Of a stretch of DNA of 64,000 nucleotides, positions 26,478 to 40,608 are shown in pieces (position 1 is the first letter of the stretch; every line of letters begins with the position of its first letter). This DNA comes from Eledone cirrhosa (taxonomy: Eukaryota): positions 28,582,001-28,646,000 of the forward strand of contig OZ024752.1 in the NCBI GenBank assembly GCA_964016885.1, written 5' to 3'. A program made the position numbers and the translations under genes. The notes under the pieces are model-generated. The model worked only from the letters and a program-made list of their open reading frames with translations. It had not been told where the DNA came from and searched no databases.

Positions 26478-27653
26478 TATCTAATACTTTACCAATTTAA
26501 AATCCTTTTTCTCAAAGGTACATATATATATATATATATATATCTTTAAAAATATACCCATCTTTCTACCTTATTTCAATGTTATTTATTATACATTATA
26601 TAATACTAGTTACTCATTCTATATCACTCCTATTTATCACTTCCCTTTCTTCCTTTTTTCTTTTTTTCTTTTAATTTCTAACCTTTAATCTGTACCTTTT
26701 CTTCCTAGATACTTCTCAATTCTCATTATTACTCACCACAATATATCCACTCTTCCTTCTTCCATCCTATCACTGGCCATAAAACTTACTATTACCCTTT
26801 TAAATACTTTATAGTATCACCTTGAAAAATCCTTCGTAAACATAAACATTTTTTAACGTTAGATTATTCATCCTTCATTCATTATTTTTTTTTTTCCCTT
26901 TCATGCTCGTCTAACTTCTACATATTAAACATCACAACACATAAAATCAAACTTAAACCCTAACTAATCTCCTTTATTACATTATATTATTACCATTAGG
27001 AAATATTTCATAAACATACATATTTTGATGTTAAGGTCTTCTCCTTAAACACTATCTCCTTCTTTGCTTTCTGCGCTCATTTGTAAACAAACTATTTACA
27101 TATATTAATTCATCCACTCTTCTACTTCTTTTCACAATATATCCTTAATTACATTACTATTTTTTTTTTTAATAATACATATCAACAATTTCTTTCCATC
27201 GCACATATTATTAAACCCATCAATATTCAAACCTTAACTTAATATTATTCTTAATACATATTAACAATTTCTTTTCATCGCACATATTATTAAACCCTTC
27301 AATATACAAACCTTAATTTAACATTATTCTTAAATTTTTCTCTTCGTTAATTTTCAAATTTTTTTAATTTATATATTATCTTCCAACGGTTTTTTTAACC
27401 TCTCTCTGTAAAACAATATATTTTTCTCAGTTATAAAAGCTATCTCTCTCTCTCTCTATCACCCATCTTTCCTCCTATCTCATCCTTCCTTATTATACTC
27501 CTCCCCCCTCCATTCTTTACTCTCATCTTTTTCCTCCTCCCCCCCCCTCAATTTTTTTCCTAATATCACACATCAATCTAAAACTACTTTTCATATGTTG
27601 ATTTAAAACTGCACTATTCACAAGTGTTTTTTAACCTTCATATCATGTCTCCC

Positions 27654-27724
27654 TATTTTATCTAACGAAAACGCAAATGTCATCGCATGATGATATTTGT
27701 TTTTGAAATGCGCATAATAAAATA
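27654..27724 (+). ncRNA. HHR of the right PLE arm, core mutated (CTAACGA, G5A)
   Basis: Matches 22103-22173 in stems and GAAA-TGCGCA-TA but has a G-to-A change at the core G5 position. Confidence 0.75.
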
Positions 27725-27867
27725 CATGGAACTCTTTTAACCATCCTTTGATCTTATATATTATGTATACTCCAGTCCTACAAACTGTAGAGTGCTACTT
27801 ATCCGATATCTGCATTGCTTTATTGTACTACAATAAAACTCACCTCCTACATATATATATATATATA

Positions 27868-28140
27868 CGTGGCCTAGTGGTAAGAGTGTTGGACTTACGA
27901 TCATAATGTCGGAGGTTCGATTCCTGGGCTGCGTGTGATGTTCTTGAGAAAAACACTTTATTTCACGTTGCTCCAGTATACTCAGCTGGAAATGAGTACC
28001 AGCAATAGCTGGAGGTTTAACCCTGCGATGAACTGGCGTCCTGTCCAGGGGGGAGTCTTGTACTCTCAGTCGCTTCACGCCATGAAGCCGAGATAAGCAC
28101 CGGCCTAATGAGCCTTCTGGCTTAAGACAGATTTTAGACT
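27868..28140 (+). mobile_element. tRNA-derived SINE (CORE/Nin-like body)
   Basis: gtggcctagtggtaaga A box, ggttcgattcc B box, cctgcgatgaactggcgtcctgtccagggg motif. Confidence 0.75.
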
Positions 28141-28193
28141 TTTATATATATATATATATATATGTTTCTGTAAATATATTTATATATGTTTCT

Positions 28194-28225
<32 letters not shown>

Positions 28226-28368
28226 TTCTGTAAATATATATATATATATATATATACATATGTATACATATATATATGTTTCTGTAAATATATATATATA
28301 TATATATATGTATACATATATATATATATAAAATTCAAGGGAGTGTAAACACAGAAAATATCTTTAAA

Positions 28369-28542
28369 AATAATTGTCTCTACTTTAGGCACAAGGCCAG
28401 AAAATACCCAGTGCATTACTGGTACTTTATTTTATCGACCCCGTAAGGATGAAAGGCAAAGTCAACCTCGGCGGGATTTGAATTCAGATCTTAACGGGAC
28501 GTGACTATGCTGGAAAGCATGGCGTCCGACCCTCTACCGATT
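28369..28542 (-). mobile_element. Meta-type SINE
   Basis: Matches the family consensus; further copies at about 17252-17500 (head-to-head pair) and 19225-19440. Confidence 0.8.
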
Positions 28543-28700
28543 AAAAAATAATAATAAATAATTAAATTCCAAAAAGTTCACTGAATTAATTACATATAGG
28601 ACACATACTTTCATTAAATATATATATATATATACACATATATATATGCGTGTGTCTGTTAAGCAATGTTAAGCAGTTTCTCTCCGTTTTTTTTCTCCAG

Positions 28701-28733
28701 TTTGAACAGTTCGGTATGATGTCTAATGGAACA
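28701..28733 (+). CDS. S-crystallin gene 1, coding exon 4 (33-nt crystallin-specific loop exon)
   Basis: ttttttttctccag acceptor; FEQFGMMSNGT; gtaagt donor; phase 0-0 fits exons 3 and 5. Confidence 0.88.
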
Positions 28734-29043
28734 GTAAGTATAACATTATTGTACTTCTAATACATGATGTAGGCGTATAATGTAGTGATGCACAATAGGT
28801 TAATTCAAAGAGGCAACAGCGGGTCTCCCTAGTTTGCATGAAAACTGCAATCTGCCATCTTGTATATATATATATATATTTATTGTTATACTTTGGGAGG
28901 GCCATGCTGCCAATAAAAACACACGCACCTGTTGTTTTCACTTCAATTTATTATGTTTCCGGTTTATTATGACTAGGTTTTTATTTTGTGTCTCTGCTGT
29001 GTTCTGTCCTACACCATCTTGTTTTTGTGTCAATAAAGACCTA

Positions 29044-29088
29044 TTCACTGAGGAGGTCACAGAATGTGTGACGAAAGAGCTTTGGCAA
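29044..29088 (+). ncRNA. Minimal HHR motif between inverted repeats (about 28880-28953 and 29133-29203)
   Basis: tca-CTGAGGA-gGTCAC agaatgt GTGAC-GAAA-GAGC-TT-tgg. Confidence 0.6.
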
Positions 29089-29259
29089 TATATAAACACC
29101 TTATCGAACCAACCAACTTCCCGGAAACTTATAATAAATTAAAGTGAGAACCAACAGATGTGTGTGTTTTATTAGCAACATGACCCTCCCAACGTATAAC
29201 AATATCTGTTTCAATACACGTTTTCAGATAAGAAATCTCGCAAAATAAATTCAAAAACG

Positions 29260-29312
<53 letters not shown>

Positions 29313-29315
<3 letters not shown>

Positions 29316-29505
29316 AGTCCGGTCTTCTGTTGTCGTTTCAAATATGTATATATATTTAAATATATATATATTTAAACCAAATTCAACCTCCGGCGGCCAT
29401 CTTTATTTTTATTTTTATTGGCCGCCGGAGGTTGAATTTGGTTTAAATATATATATATTTAAATATATATAGATATTTGAAACGACAACAGAAGGCCGGA
29501 CTGGA
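29313..29505. mobile_element. Fold-back palindrome with a 3' tail to about 29720
   Basis: About 85-bp arms around 29410; left end abuts (TA)n; GAAAC in each arm. Confidence 0.65.
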
Positions 29506-29887
29506 AGATATGCTGTAAATTTTAATTCCGTGAAATCATTATGCATATTTCAATGGCCCAGTTCCATCATCCATTTATGATGCAAGACAGGACGGTCTCA
29601 TCGGGCAACTTCGACAGAATTACAAAACGGGTTTACGTAGAACCGAAACTTATCATGGAAGATATGGAAAAGAAAATAGGAAATTGAAAAATGAAGGAAT
29701 GCTTTTGCGGTCATGTCAGTGTGTGCGTGTGTGTACATATACATACATTATAAATATCATTATTTTTAATTATTTTTTTATTTAATTTCATATTTCTATT
29801 GAGTTTTTAAATTATTCGACCAGCAATAAGTATTATGAAGGAATTGGTGAATTGGAAACTGACTTTCTCTTTTATACATTTTTCCAG

Positions 29888-29995
29888 TCAGAACAGTATG
29901 AACGATTCCAGTCAACTTGCAGACGAATTCTTCCATATATGGAGAAAACTCTAGAAATGCGTTGCAGTGGCAATAAATTCTTCATGGGTGAACAG
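29888..29995 (+). CDS. S-crystallin gene 1, coding exon 5
   Basis: ttccag acceptor; [36 protein letters not shown]; gtaaac donor. Confidence 0.95.
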
Positions 29996-31063
29996 GTAAA
30001 CACAGATTCATACAGATTCACACACCACATATATCGTATATGTTAGTACCACAGAAGCTGATCGATGTAGCAGAGTCATTGGAGCGCTGGATAAGTTTTC
30101 TGGATTTCTGTCTTCTGAATTCAAATCTCACCAAAGTACGCTGTGACATTTATCCTTGCGGTTTTGACAAAGAAAAACCAACTTTCCCTGTTTCCAACAG
30201 TTACATCCTGGGTGTTTCGCTAGATAAAGTGAGGGAAGATCGACATTCTATCTGCTCGCTACGACATAAATCCCTTAGTAAAAGCGTGGTTCATAGTACC
30301 ACGTCATAGTCGATTGCAAGTGACGGCTGTAGTTTTAACATCACACATAACACATTAACTTGGAGCATAGAAAAATGTATGTGCGTGCGTGTTTGGGTGT
30401 ATGTATGTATGTATGTTATGTCAGATTGCTCTCGAGTGCTAGTGGTAACATGTAATCCAGTACAACCTGTCTCATGGTTGGATCGTCGGCGACTAAGCCA
30501 GCAACCTCACCAAGCTTGCTTGGTGAGGAGGGTAGTATTTGGACACCCTGCAGGAGGAAATACAAGAACCGGCAAAGGGCGGAGGAACTCAATAGAGTCA
30601 ACGGCCATCCAAATAGCCATTATTTTCACCTGGGAGTGAAAGGCCCCAGTTGTTGTCACAACATCTTTCTGGGAGAGGGAAACTCAGATGCATCCGATGA
30701 TGTTGACCAGTTCTCCTTTTCGGGTAGTGTTTTCGATGCTCAGAGAGTGGGATTGGTCGAGTGCAAGGCCTTTCCCTACTTTAAAAAAACCTTCAAAGCT
30801 CAGGTATTGCTTGTTCAGGATATGTTACAGGTTTGTGTGGCTGGCCGTAGCCTAAAAATGCACCAAACTCTATAATCTGACAAGCGATTGCAATACTCTT
30901 AGCAGAGTTTGCAGCCATCATGTATGTATGTACATGTATGTATGTGTGTATAACATTTGATGCATTATTATTTTTTCATATATATAGATATATATATATA
31001 ATCACCTTACCCTTAGAGGAGCTTATGTTTATATATTGTATATTTTATATTTATCACGTTTAG

Positions 31064-31228
31064 ATGACGCTGGCCGATATTATGTGCTACTGTGCTTTGG
31101 AGAGCCCAATGCTGGAAGACTCAACCTTCCTAAACAGTTATCCAAAACTCCAGAGTCTAAGAAACCGTGTCATTAATCAACCGAATATCCACAACTACCT
31201 GAAAACAAGATGTTGTACGGAATTCTAA
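31064..31228 (+). CDS. S-crystallin gene 1, last coding exon
   Basis: tttag acceptor; MTLADIMCYCALESPMLEDSTFLNSYPKLQSLRNRVINQPNIHNYLKTRCCTEF*; joined CDS 651 nt = 216 aa; ATTAAA at 31307. Confidence 0.95.
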   Translation: MTLADIMCYCALESPMLEDSTFLNSYPKLQSLRNRVINQPNIHNYLKTRCCTEF

Positions 31229-31733
31229 AAAGAAAAAAAAAATTCTTAAAACTTGTATGATCCCATCCCCAAAGACGTCATTTGTATAATTGTTGGTGAT
31301 CCTTGTATTAAACACGCGGATTATATATAACAAATGTTTTAGGTTCTGACTATTTCCTTTCTAGCAATGGCGAATATTAGGTCTGTCGAAAAAGTATCCG
31401 CCAATGGCAGGGGAAAGGGAATATTATGTACATAGTAAGGTTCAATCGGGAATTCTCTTCGAAGTACTCTCCTTGTGCCTCCAAACACTTAGCCCGGCAA
31501 TCCTTCCTCTGTTAGAAGCACAGCACCACAGAGAGAAAGAAAGTAATATATGTTTTTTCGACAGACTTCGATAATCAAGGTACTTCAGAGAGGAGGATAG
31601 CATGTATAACTTTGCTGTCGAAGTTGACAGCGACATTGATGATAAAGGTCGCATACGTCATTACACGTCAGAGATGTATAAGTTTCGGTGTCTAACTTAT
31701 ATCATGAGGATATATATATAGCGTACAAATTTA

Positions 31734-31842
<109 letters not shown>

Positions 31843-31866
31843 TGATATAGATATGTATATACATAC

Positions 31867-31904
<38 letters not shown>

Positions 31905-32655
31905 ATTCATATATAAATAGAAAACACATTCATATATATATATACTCATATCCACATAAACACACATACACACGCACACACATACGTGTATATATATATA
32001 TGTGTGTGTGTGTATCTTCACATTTATTATTATTACTATATATATATATATATATATACATATATTGACAGGCATATAGCTACATAAGCAGACAGATATA
32101 AATATAGATATATACATATATATACAATTTATTACATATGCATACATATACATGCATATATTCAAACACGCGAACACATATACTTGTATATGAGCTTTCC
32201 ATATTGGATTTTATAGAATGATTTCCCTTTTTCCTGACAGCAAGAGAACTTCTTTCTTCTCTTTTATGACTATGTTATGTAAATTACTATGTGTTTTAAT
32301 GTGTCTGCAAATTCAAAAAATTGCATTAGATTTCCCCCGAGCTATTGCATATTTTGTACATCAGACAACATGAATATTTGAAGTTAGAATTGTGACTAAA
32401 AGTTAACTTTCGCTGACAATGACAATTACAGCTACGTGTGTTATATTTTCCAAGAGACGTGCTAGAAATAGCATTCAAATCAGCTTTAAATTCCATTATT
32501 CAAATGTGTTAAAGAATAAAGAATGCTTTGGATAGGTTAATTTTAGGTATTGTATGCACATGTCTGAATATATAAAAGGATGGTTAAGGCCAAAATAATG
32601 TTGACTCTATATCCGTTCTGTTAGGGCTACACAGGTGGTAACACCATCAGTATAA

Positions 32656-32697
32656 CCTACTACTACTACTACTACCACCACCACCACCACCACCACC

Positions 32698-32753
<56 letters not shown>

Positions 32754-32977
32754 AACCACCACCACTACTACTACTACAACTACTACTACTACCACCACCA
32801 CCACTGCTACTACTACAACTACTACTACTACCACCTCCACCACCACCACTACTACTACTACCACCACCACCACCACTAGTACTACTACCACCACCACCAC
32901 TACTACTACTACTACCACCACCATCACTACTATTACTACTACTACTACTACTACCACTACCACCACCACTACTACTT

Positions 32978-33008
<31 letters not shown>

Positions 33009-33060
33009 CACCACCACCACCACCACCACTACTTCTACTACCACCACCACTACTACTACC

Positions 33061-33091
<31 letters not shown>

Positions 33092-33147
33092 ATACCACCA
33101 CCACCACCACTACTACTACCACCACCACCACCACTACTACTACTACT
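32656..33147. repeat. (ACT/ACC)n compound trinucleotide repeat
   Basis: Direct inspection; source of the poly-Val ORF. Confidence 0.95.
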
Positions 33148-33384
33148 TAGCTACTCTTCAGGAATCTCGAGAATTATTAAAACGGATATCTGTTCTGTAG
33201 ACAGCCACAATAGAACATACCAAATATTTAACAGTAAAATGCACATGTTATATATATTTAATGTTTATATATTTAATGTTATATATATTTAATGAATGCT
33301 AAATTGAGGAAAAGCAGAATACATCTGTCAAGTGATTATGCGGTGCAACTAAACTACATTAACTTGAAAACCCATATCTATCCA

Positions 33385-33466
<82 letters not shown>

Positions 33467-33873
33467 GTAATAAATCAGGATTTTTCACTACAGTTAATCG
33501 AAAAGTTTATAATATGTGTGTTGTGATGGAAAACGAAATAATACATACTTTAGTTTCGAATACCAAATATAAAGTCAAGAAAAGTTAGGAAAAACTAATC
33601 ATTCATATGATTGATAATTTAAAAAAAAAACATTTTCCTGTCCTGTAAAATGTTGAACATCAACTTCACAATGTTGGGGGTAGTTTTTGATGAAATGAAA
33701 TATTTAATAATATTGGTGATAACACAACTATAGGATAAATAAGTCACCCTATGTCATAAACAAACATTAACGTTCACCTTCATATGAAATAATCACCATA
33801 AAAGATAAAATTACATTAGATGTAAGTTATAACGATGGAGTTGATGTAGACGATAATTTTTCACTGTCTAAAC

Positions 33874-34144
33874 CAGGGGCGTGCAACAGGCGCTGCGCGG
33901 TCCACAATCCGTTTTTAATTTTTACGTTGGCTTATTTAGAATTTTTTTCGTAACCGTAATACAATTTTCTGTTAATTGACCTATACTAAAGGGCTTCACT
34001 GTGTGTTATAATTTCCCGGTTTCATGTTATAGAAAGAAGTTGTGGTGAATCGTTGGAATGGTGCTTAATAATAAATATTAATAGCCCTACAGTTCTTCCA
34101 ATGTTCAAAAGTGGCCCGCTAATGGAATATGTTGCACACCCCTG
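33874..34144. mobile_element. hAT (Charlie-like) MITE
   Basis: TIRs caggggcgtgcaac / gttgcacacccctg; 8-bp TSD gtctaaac / gtctaaat. Confidence 0.8.
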
Positions 34145-34717
34145 GTCTAAATGATACTGTTGACGACTTAAAAGTTCCCTACATAATTTAATACATTCAA
34201 AAACACCTTTAGCTATATCAATTCACACTTTCAATCAAAATACTAGTTCATTATTCAGATTTGTATAAATAACATTACTAATTTTACAAAGCTGTTTATA
34301 TACATACATTTATCTACCCCTCATCCTTAATATATACTTAGATTAATAGATAGACAGATATGTATGTAATTAATCTGGACAAATATATAATACTAGATTG
34401 TTGTAACTTCCAAATAAAATACAGCTACAATTATTAAAATATGATCACCAAAAGAGGTAGAGAATTGGAAACCGTGTACCAATAAATTACATCGAACCCA
34501 ATGCATAAATTACCTTCTCCAGGAAGATGGAAATACTATGTAATTTCGGCGAGGTTTGAAAGCTGAACATAAGGAAACGCTACATATTATTTCATGAAAT
34601 ATCACGTACATACTCAAGCATGCAGTCTCAGTTATTCCAACCTCTGCCCTTGGGCTGCGTAAGGGAAGGAAGTCGAAAAGTAATATCATTTACCTGTCAT
34701 ATATAATATGTATTTGC

Positions 34718-34769
<52 letters not shown>

Positions 34770-34984
34770 ATATAGTGTGACTTTTGACTGAGGAATGTTC
34801 TCACAACTGACCAATGGGAGGAGAGAGTGTCCTGTCCTGTGATGCCGAAATTCGTTTGTTCGAATTCATATGATTCCAGTTCCTCAGATAAATAACAACC
34901 CAACCAGGAGCTGGACATATCGGAGTATTGACGGAGTAAAACACTTCAACAACATGTGTACCTGTCTCTACCACACCATTTCGG

Positions 34985-35039
34985 ACTTCCTGAAGAGGTC
35001 ACAGCCAATGATGGCTGTCACCGAAATATATATAGCAGT
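34985..35039 (+). ncRNA. Type I HHR motif
   Basis: acttc-CTGAAGA-GGT cACAGCCA atga TGGCTGT cACC-GAAA-TATATA-TA-gcagt. Confidence 0.75.
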
Positions 35040-35180
35040 ACATCTTTAATAAACGAAGCCAAATTTTAAATATTTGACTTAAATATTTTACATTACTCCG
35101 GAGTAACCAAACCAACCTGCGTACTTCGTCGAGTGCTCCAATCTGCATATTAGGGTGTCGGTAAACAACCAACATATACT

Positions 35181-35220
<40 letters not shown>

Positions 35221-35223
<3 letters not shown>

Positions 35224-35664
35224 GGAGGTGAGTTTTATTGTAGTACAATAAAGCAATGCAGGACTGGAGTATACATAATATATAAGAACAAAAGATGGTT
35301 AAAAGAGTTCCATGTATTTTATTATGCGCATTTCAAAAACAAAGCTATCTCTCTCTCTATCACCCATCTCTCCTCCTATCTCATCCTTCCTCATTATACT
35401 TTTTACTCTCATCTCCTTCTCTTTTTCATCCTTTCCACCCCCCCACCCCCTCTAAATAAAATATTTTTCCCAATATCACACATCAATCTAAAACTACTTC
35501 TCATATGTTGATTTAAAACTGAACTATCCACAAGTGTTTTTTAACCTTCATATCATGTCTTCATGTTTTATCTGATGAAAACACAAATATTATTGCATGA
35601 TGATATTTGTTTTTGAAATGCGCATAATAAAATACATGGAACTCTTTTAACCATCTTTTGTTCT

Positions 35665-35672
<8 letters not shown>
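35221..35672. mobile_element. Short fold-back derivative of the 22071-27850 PLE family, with an intact HHR at 35563-35634 (+)
   Basis: 35221-35342 is the reverse complement of the family 3' end; CTGATGA...GAAATGCGCATA; (TA)n flanks. Confidence 0.85.
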
Positions 35673-35757
<85 letters not shown>

Positions 35758-35893
35758 GTATATATATTTTAACGATAGTTATAACTCTGGTTTATCCAAA
35801 CTATTGAGCCCTCTGCCACACATGTCGGATATTGTTTATCGTGATTTCGTGGGCCGATATTCCGATTCTCGATCATTCTACTGTATATATATT

Positions 35894-35924
<31 letters not shown>

Positions 35925-35986
35925 ATATGTGTATGTATGTCTACACGTACGTACATATACACACTCACACGAATATATATATTCAC

Positions 35987-36364
35987 AAAAGGAACGATCG
36001 ACTTTCATCAAATCGGGCCGAGGAAACAATGTTTCCATTGGTATTTCCAATTGCTAATACTATCTATCGGTCGCAACTCCAGCTAGAAGGAGCAACGTGA
36101 AAGAAAGTGTCTTGTTCAAGGGCAGAACGCATCGTCCGGTTCGGCGAAGGCGTGTGGCTGAGTGGTTAGAGAATTGGATTCGCAATCGTGAGTTTGTGAG
36201 TTCTATTCCTGGACCAGGCGATGCGTTATGTCCTTGAGCAAGACACTTTATTTCACGTTGCTCCTTCTACCTGGAGAAGCGACCGATAGATAATATTAGC
36301 AATTGGAAAGACTAATGGAAACATTATTTCTTCGGTCCTATTTGACGAAAGACGATCGTTCCTT
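35987..36364. mobile_element. tRNA-headed SINE-like sequence in a fold-back arrangement
   Basis: About 35987-36142 is the reverse complement of about 36210-36364; tRNA-like head gtggctgagtggttaga...gagttctattcc in the spacer. Confidence 0.6.
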
Positions 36365-36480
36365 TATACACAAAAGGCTTGCTGAACACACAGGCCGAAA
36401 CCGCTTGGCGCCGCGATCGGGATTTTACCTAACTCTCTCTCTATATATATATACATATATATATACATATATATATATAC

Positions 36481-36528
<48 letters not shown>

Positions 36529-36529
36529 G

Positions 36530-36585
<56 letters not shown>

Positions 36586-36693
36586 TATATTACAACACAA
36601 CGGAAAATACTGTATATATATATATATATATGACGTGGCTATTTGAGAGTGTAATGTATATATATACATAAACACACACACACACATATATAC

Positions 36694-36741
<48 letters not shown>

Positions 36742-37108
36742 CTCTCAAATAGTCACATCATATATATATATGACTATTTGAGAGTTTAATCTTTTTTTTT
36801 TATTAAATACTTTTCATATTTCTTTGTTACTCATTTTTATTAGCCAAACTCATATAACTACGTCCATTAAATTATGAGAACCTCATCGGCTTCATCATCT
36901 GAATGTAATGATAATCGTGTCCTGAATGTAAGTAGTTTGAATGGAAAGTTCTTACAATCCCACATACATATAAACATATATACATACACGCATATATATA
37001 TATACATATATATATACTTACATATATATGTACTTATATATATATGTATATATATATACTTGTATATATATGTATATATATGTATATATATATACTTACA
37101 TATATATG

Positions 37109-37141
<33 letters not shown>

Positions 37142-38883
37142 ATACATACATACATACATACATATATATATACATACATACATACATATATATACATATA
37201 TACATAAAAACACACATAATTGTATATTTATGTATGTATATTAAAATATATACCCTTGTGTAAGTATATATATATATATACATATATATACATACATACA
37301 TACATACATACATACATACATACATACATACATACATACATACATACATACATACACTAAAAACAAACATAACTGTATATTTATGTATGTATATTAAAAT
37401 ATATACGGTTGTGTAAATATAGATATATATATACATTATGTATGTATATATGTATGCATGCATGAATGTATATATGTATGTATACAACACAAGGGATATA
37501 TTAATATTCTACAGCTACCACTTTCTCTGTATAGAGTTATCTAAAATTTCATTGAAACTATGTATTTGCATCTCAAGTATAGACAAAGCAACACAAAGAT
37601 AATTTCTTTTTTTGTTGGGTGATTGTGTCTCGCCTCAGATCGTGATAAAACATACGATTCTCTGTGAAACATGTTTTATACCAAGTATTAAACTAATTCT
37701 CAAGTTATTCAACGAAACAACCTGCTCATGAAATTAACATGTATGTGATAGAGCATTCTACAGTTACTTAACCTAATTCTTAGGGAGATCCAGCATAATA
37801 CAGTATGTAATAGGGTTAGTTATAAAAGAAATTCTATCTGGTTCAGCCGCATCTCTTTCAACAATAAACATTATATAACTATATTCTTCCTCCCCATTCC
37901 AAACAGACATTTACCTCAAATAATAGATATAGGAACACTTTTAACAGAAACGCCCTTAAAGTAAGCTACAGCTGCATTTCAAACATCAACAATATCGTCT
38001 AATACAGACATCCAGAATAAACCGCAGAATTCTGCTCATGTAGAAATGCCAGTGCTCGCCTCCTAATCGATTCTTATGACCACAAAATTGTTACCTATCA
38101 TTCAGAGACTGTACATCTGACCAAGGCAGTGTTATTAAGCGGTATATCGGAATGATAGAGGGTAACTTTAAGATGTATTATAATAACCTGGCTGATACAA
38201 GATCACACATCGGCGCTTTGAAAGATACAGACACTGACATCAGCATAAAATGAAGCATACTAGACGAAAAGCAACCTTTACAGGAACGGTAGTAATAGCT
38301 GTAATTTGGGACTGGCGAAAAATGGTGTACAATAAAACATTGAAGATCACAAGATATGTCATCATCATCATTCTTCGACTACTGTCGAGATGATGGATCT
38401 CACTCTCATGCCCCAGAACTCCCTGTCCCCCATATAGTGCGGTTCCCTGAGGAACAGGAACCCTGGTGCAGTCAGTTGCGAAATCCATCATCTTTTCAAA
38501 TAGCTAATAATGTGTGTGGGCGCCACTACTACACACATGTGAAAGAATTTGACAGCCAAGTCTTGAAGAAGATATGTACTTGAAGAAGATATGTACTTTA
38601 ACTCGAAGCTAGAGATCTTCGGAAATTGGAGCACACTGAGTCACACAGTGTTCAGCTATTTTTTTTTTACTTCAACTTTCCTTAGGCATTCCCGATTCAC
38701 TCGTCTCCCTTCCTTTCACGAACCATGCCCTGTCAAAATCTTACACAGAGTTTTTTTTTTTACAGAACGTCGGCATACTGTAACACCTGCTGACAGTGAT
38801 ATAAACGAAACGTTAGCAGCATAAACCTCACCTCTAGAGCAAACTAATAAATTCAGTATATGCATACAACATGTCTGTTTGTC

Positions 38884-38914
<31 letters not shown>

Positions 38915-39121
38915 TACAGGGAAAACGAAAGAGAGAAAGTATGTGTATGTGAGAGGGAGGGAGGGAGAGAGAGAGAGATGCAGGGAAAGTGAAAGAGAGA
39001 AAGTATGTGTCTGTAAGAGAGAGTGATATATAGAGAGAGATATAGAGTGTGTGTGTGTTTTTTTCTGTGTTTGTGCAAGTGTGTGTGTGTGAGAGTGTGA
39101 GAGTGTGTGTGTGTTTGTGTT

Positions 39122-39193
<72 letters not shown>

Positions 39194-39242
39194 TGTGTGT
39201 AGTGTGTGTGTGTAGTGTGTGTGTGTGTGTAGTGTGTGTGTG

Positions 39243-39330
<88 letters not shown>

Positions 39331-39929
39331 TCTAGTCAACACCATAGATCAAATGGTATGTAATAGGAGTCATACAGAATTAATGTGGAGTGATTGAATA
39401 CTCTATCCCGATTAAGAGATGGGAAGTTTTACACAAAAGAAACTCTGCTCCTCACTGTCTATTCGTATCTTTTGATTTATAATTACATTACTTAAGGAAA
39501 ATTTATTTTAAAAAACACAAATTTGCTAATCACCACATTTCCTAGGGTTTTATGCTTCAACATGAAGAATGATTTAGAAAATATAAATGCTCACATGGCA
39601 ATTAAGAATTTGATAACAATCGCAGTAATGTTAGATGTGATTTATTATAACTGGCGCCAACAGAATGCGTTTTTATTCATTTAAATCTCATGTTAAGGAC
39701 TGGAGAAATTCGTTAGCTGTAGTCATTAATAGCTATTTGCAAATTGAAGATATGTTAATACTGACACTAATAAAATGTACTAATAACAAAGGCCAATAAC
39801 ATATAAATTAATGCTTTCTCATTTAGACACAGGCCAACAATTTTCGGGGTGGGGAAAGTCGATTAAATCTACTCCAGTGCATTACTGGTACTTTATTTTA
39901 CCGACCTTGTAAGGATGAAAGTGAAAGTA

Positions 39930-39980
<51 letters not shown>

Positions 39981-39982
<2 letters not shown>

Positions 39983-40105
39983 TTTCTTTATTAACCACAA
40001 GGGTTTACACAAAGTAGACATTAAGGACAGTACAGGACAATACAGGACGGTACAAAAGGGCGTTTCTTCGTGTAACAAAAAACAAAAAAACAGAGGATGT
40101 AATAA
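39981..40105 (-). mobile_element. 3'-end fragment of the Tx1-like LINE, next to (AAT)n
   Basis: Nearly identical to 41583-41690. Confidence 0.8.
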
Positions 40106-40107
40106 TA

Positions 40108-40320
40108 AGGCGCACTAGGAACTATCTCAAAGAGTTTCCAAGGATGGTTAAAGAAAGTTAGTCCAGCCCCGCTGTTTGGAACACTTCAAAAAGCATGCTT
40201 GCTGGGAACAGCAAGACCCCTTCGATACGTCCTGAATATCTGAGGCTGCAGGTAGCGGCTTGATATTCATTTCAACAAACTTTCCAGTTAAATAACATCA
40301 ATGACTGAGACTCAAAGAAC
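40108..40320 (+). mobile_element. 3'-end fragment of an R4/Dong-like LINE followed by (AAT)n
   Basis: Similar to 41317-41525. Confidence 0.8.
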
Positions 40321-40321
40321 G

Positions 40322-40399
<78 letters not shown>

Positions 40400-40404
<5 letters not shown>

Positions 40405-40588
40405 TGTTTCTACTTTAGGCACAAGGCCAGCAATTACCAGTGCATTACTGGTACTTTATTTTATCGACCCCGTAAGGATGAAAGGCAAAGTCAACCTCGG
40501 CGGGATTTGAACTCAGATGGTAAAGGGACGTAACTATGCTGGAAAGCATGGCGTCCGACTCTCTACCGATACTGCCAATCCACCGCCC
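40400..40588 (-). mobile_element. Full-length Meta-type SINE within (AAT)n
   Basis: Family consensus; further copies at 49239-49427, 52865-53260 and 61546-61742. Confidence 0.85.
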
Positions 40589-40608
40589 TTATAATAATAA
40601 TAATAATA

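Larger units (their letters stand above)
22071..27850. mobile_element. Penelope-like retroelement, 5'-truncated, arranged as a head-to-head inverted duplication
   Basis: Left arm 22071-24519 is the reverse complement of right arm 25535-about 27760; unique spacer encodes the RT core; HHR near each outer end; (TA)n flanks. Confidence 0.92.

Noticed and set aside
27868-27930. tRNA genes at SINE heads
   Set aside because: A/B boxes are present but there is no complete cloverleaf, and they continue into SINE bodies
30416-30875. ORFs in S-crystallin intron 5
   Set aside because: No recognisable domain; possibly a LINE 5' remnant, but not supportable from sequence alone
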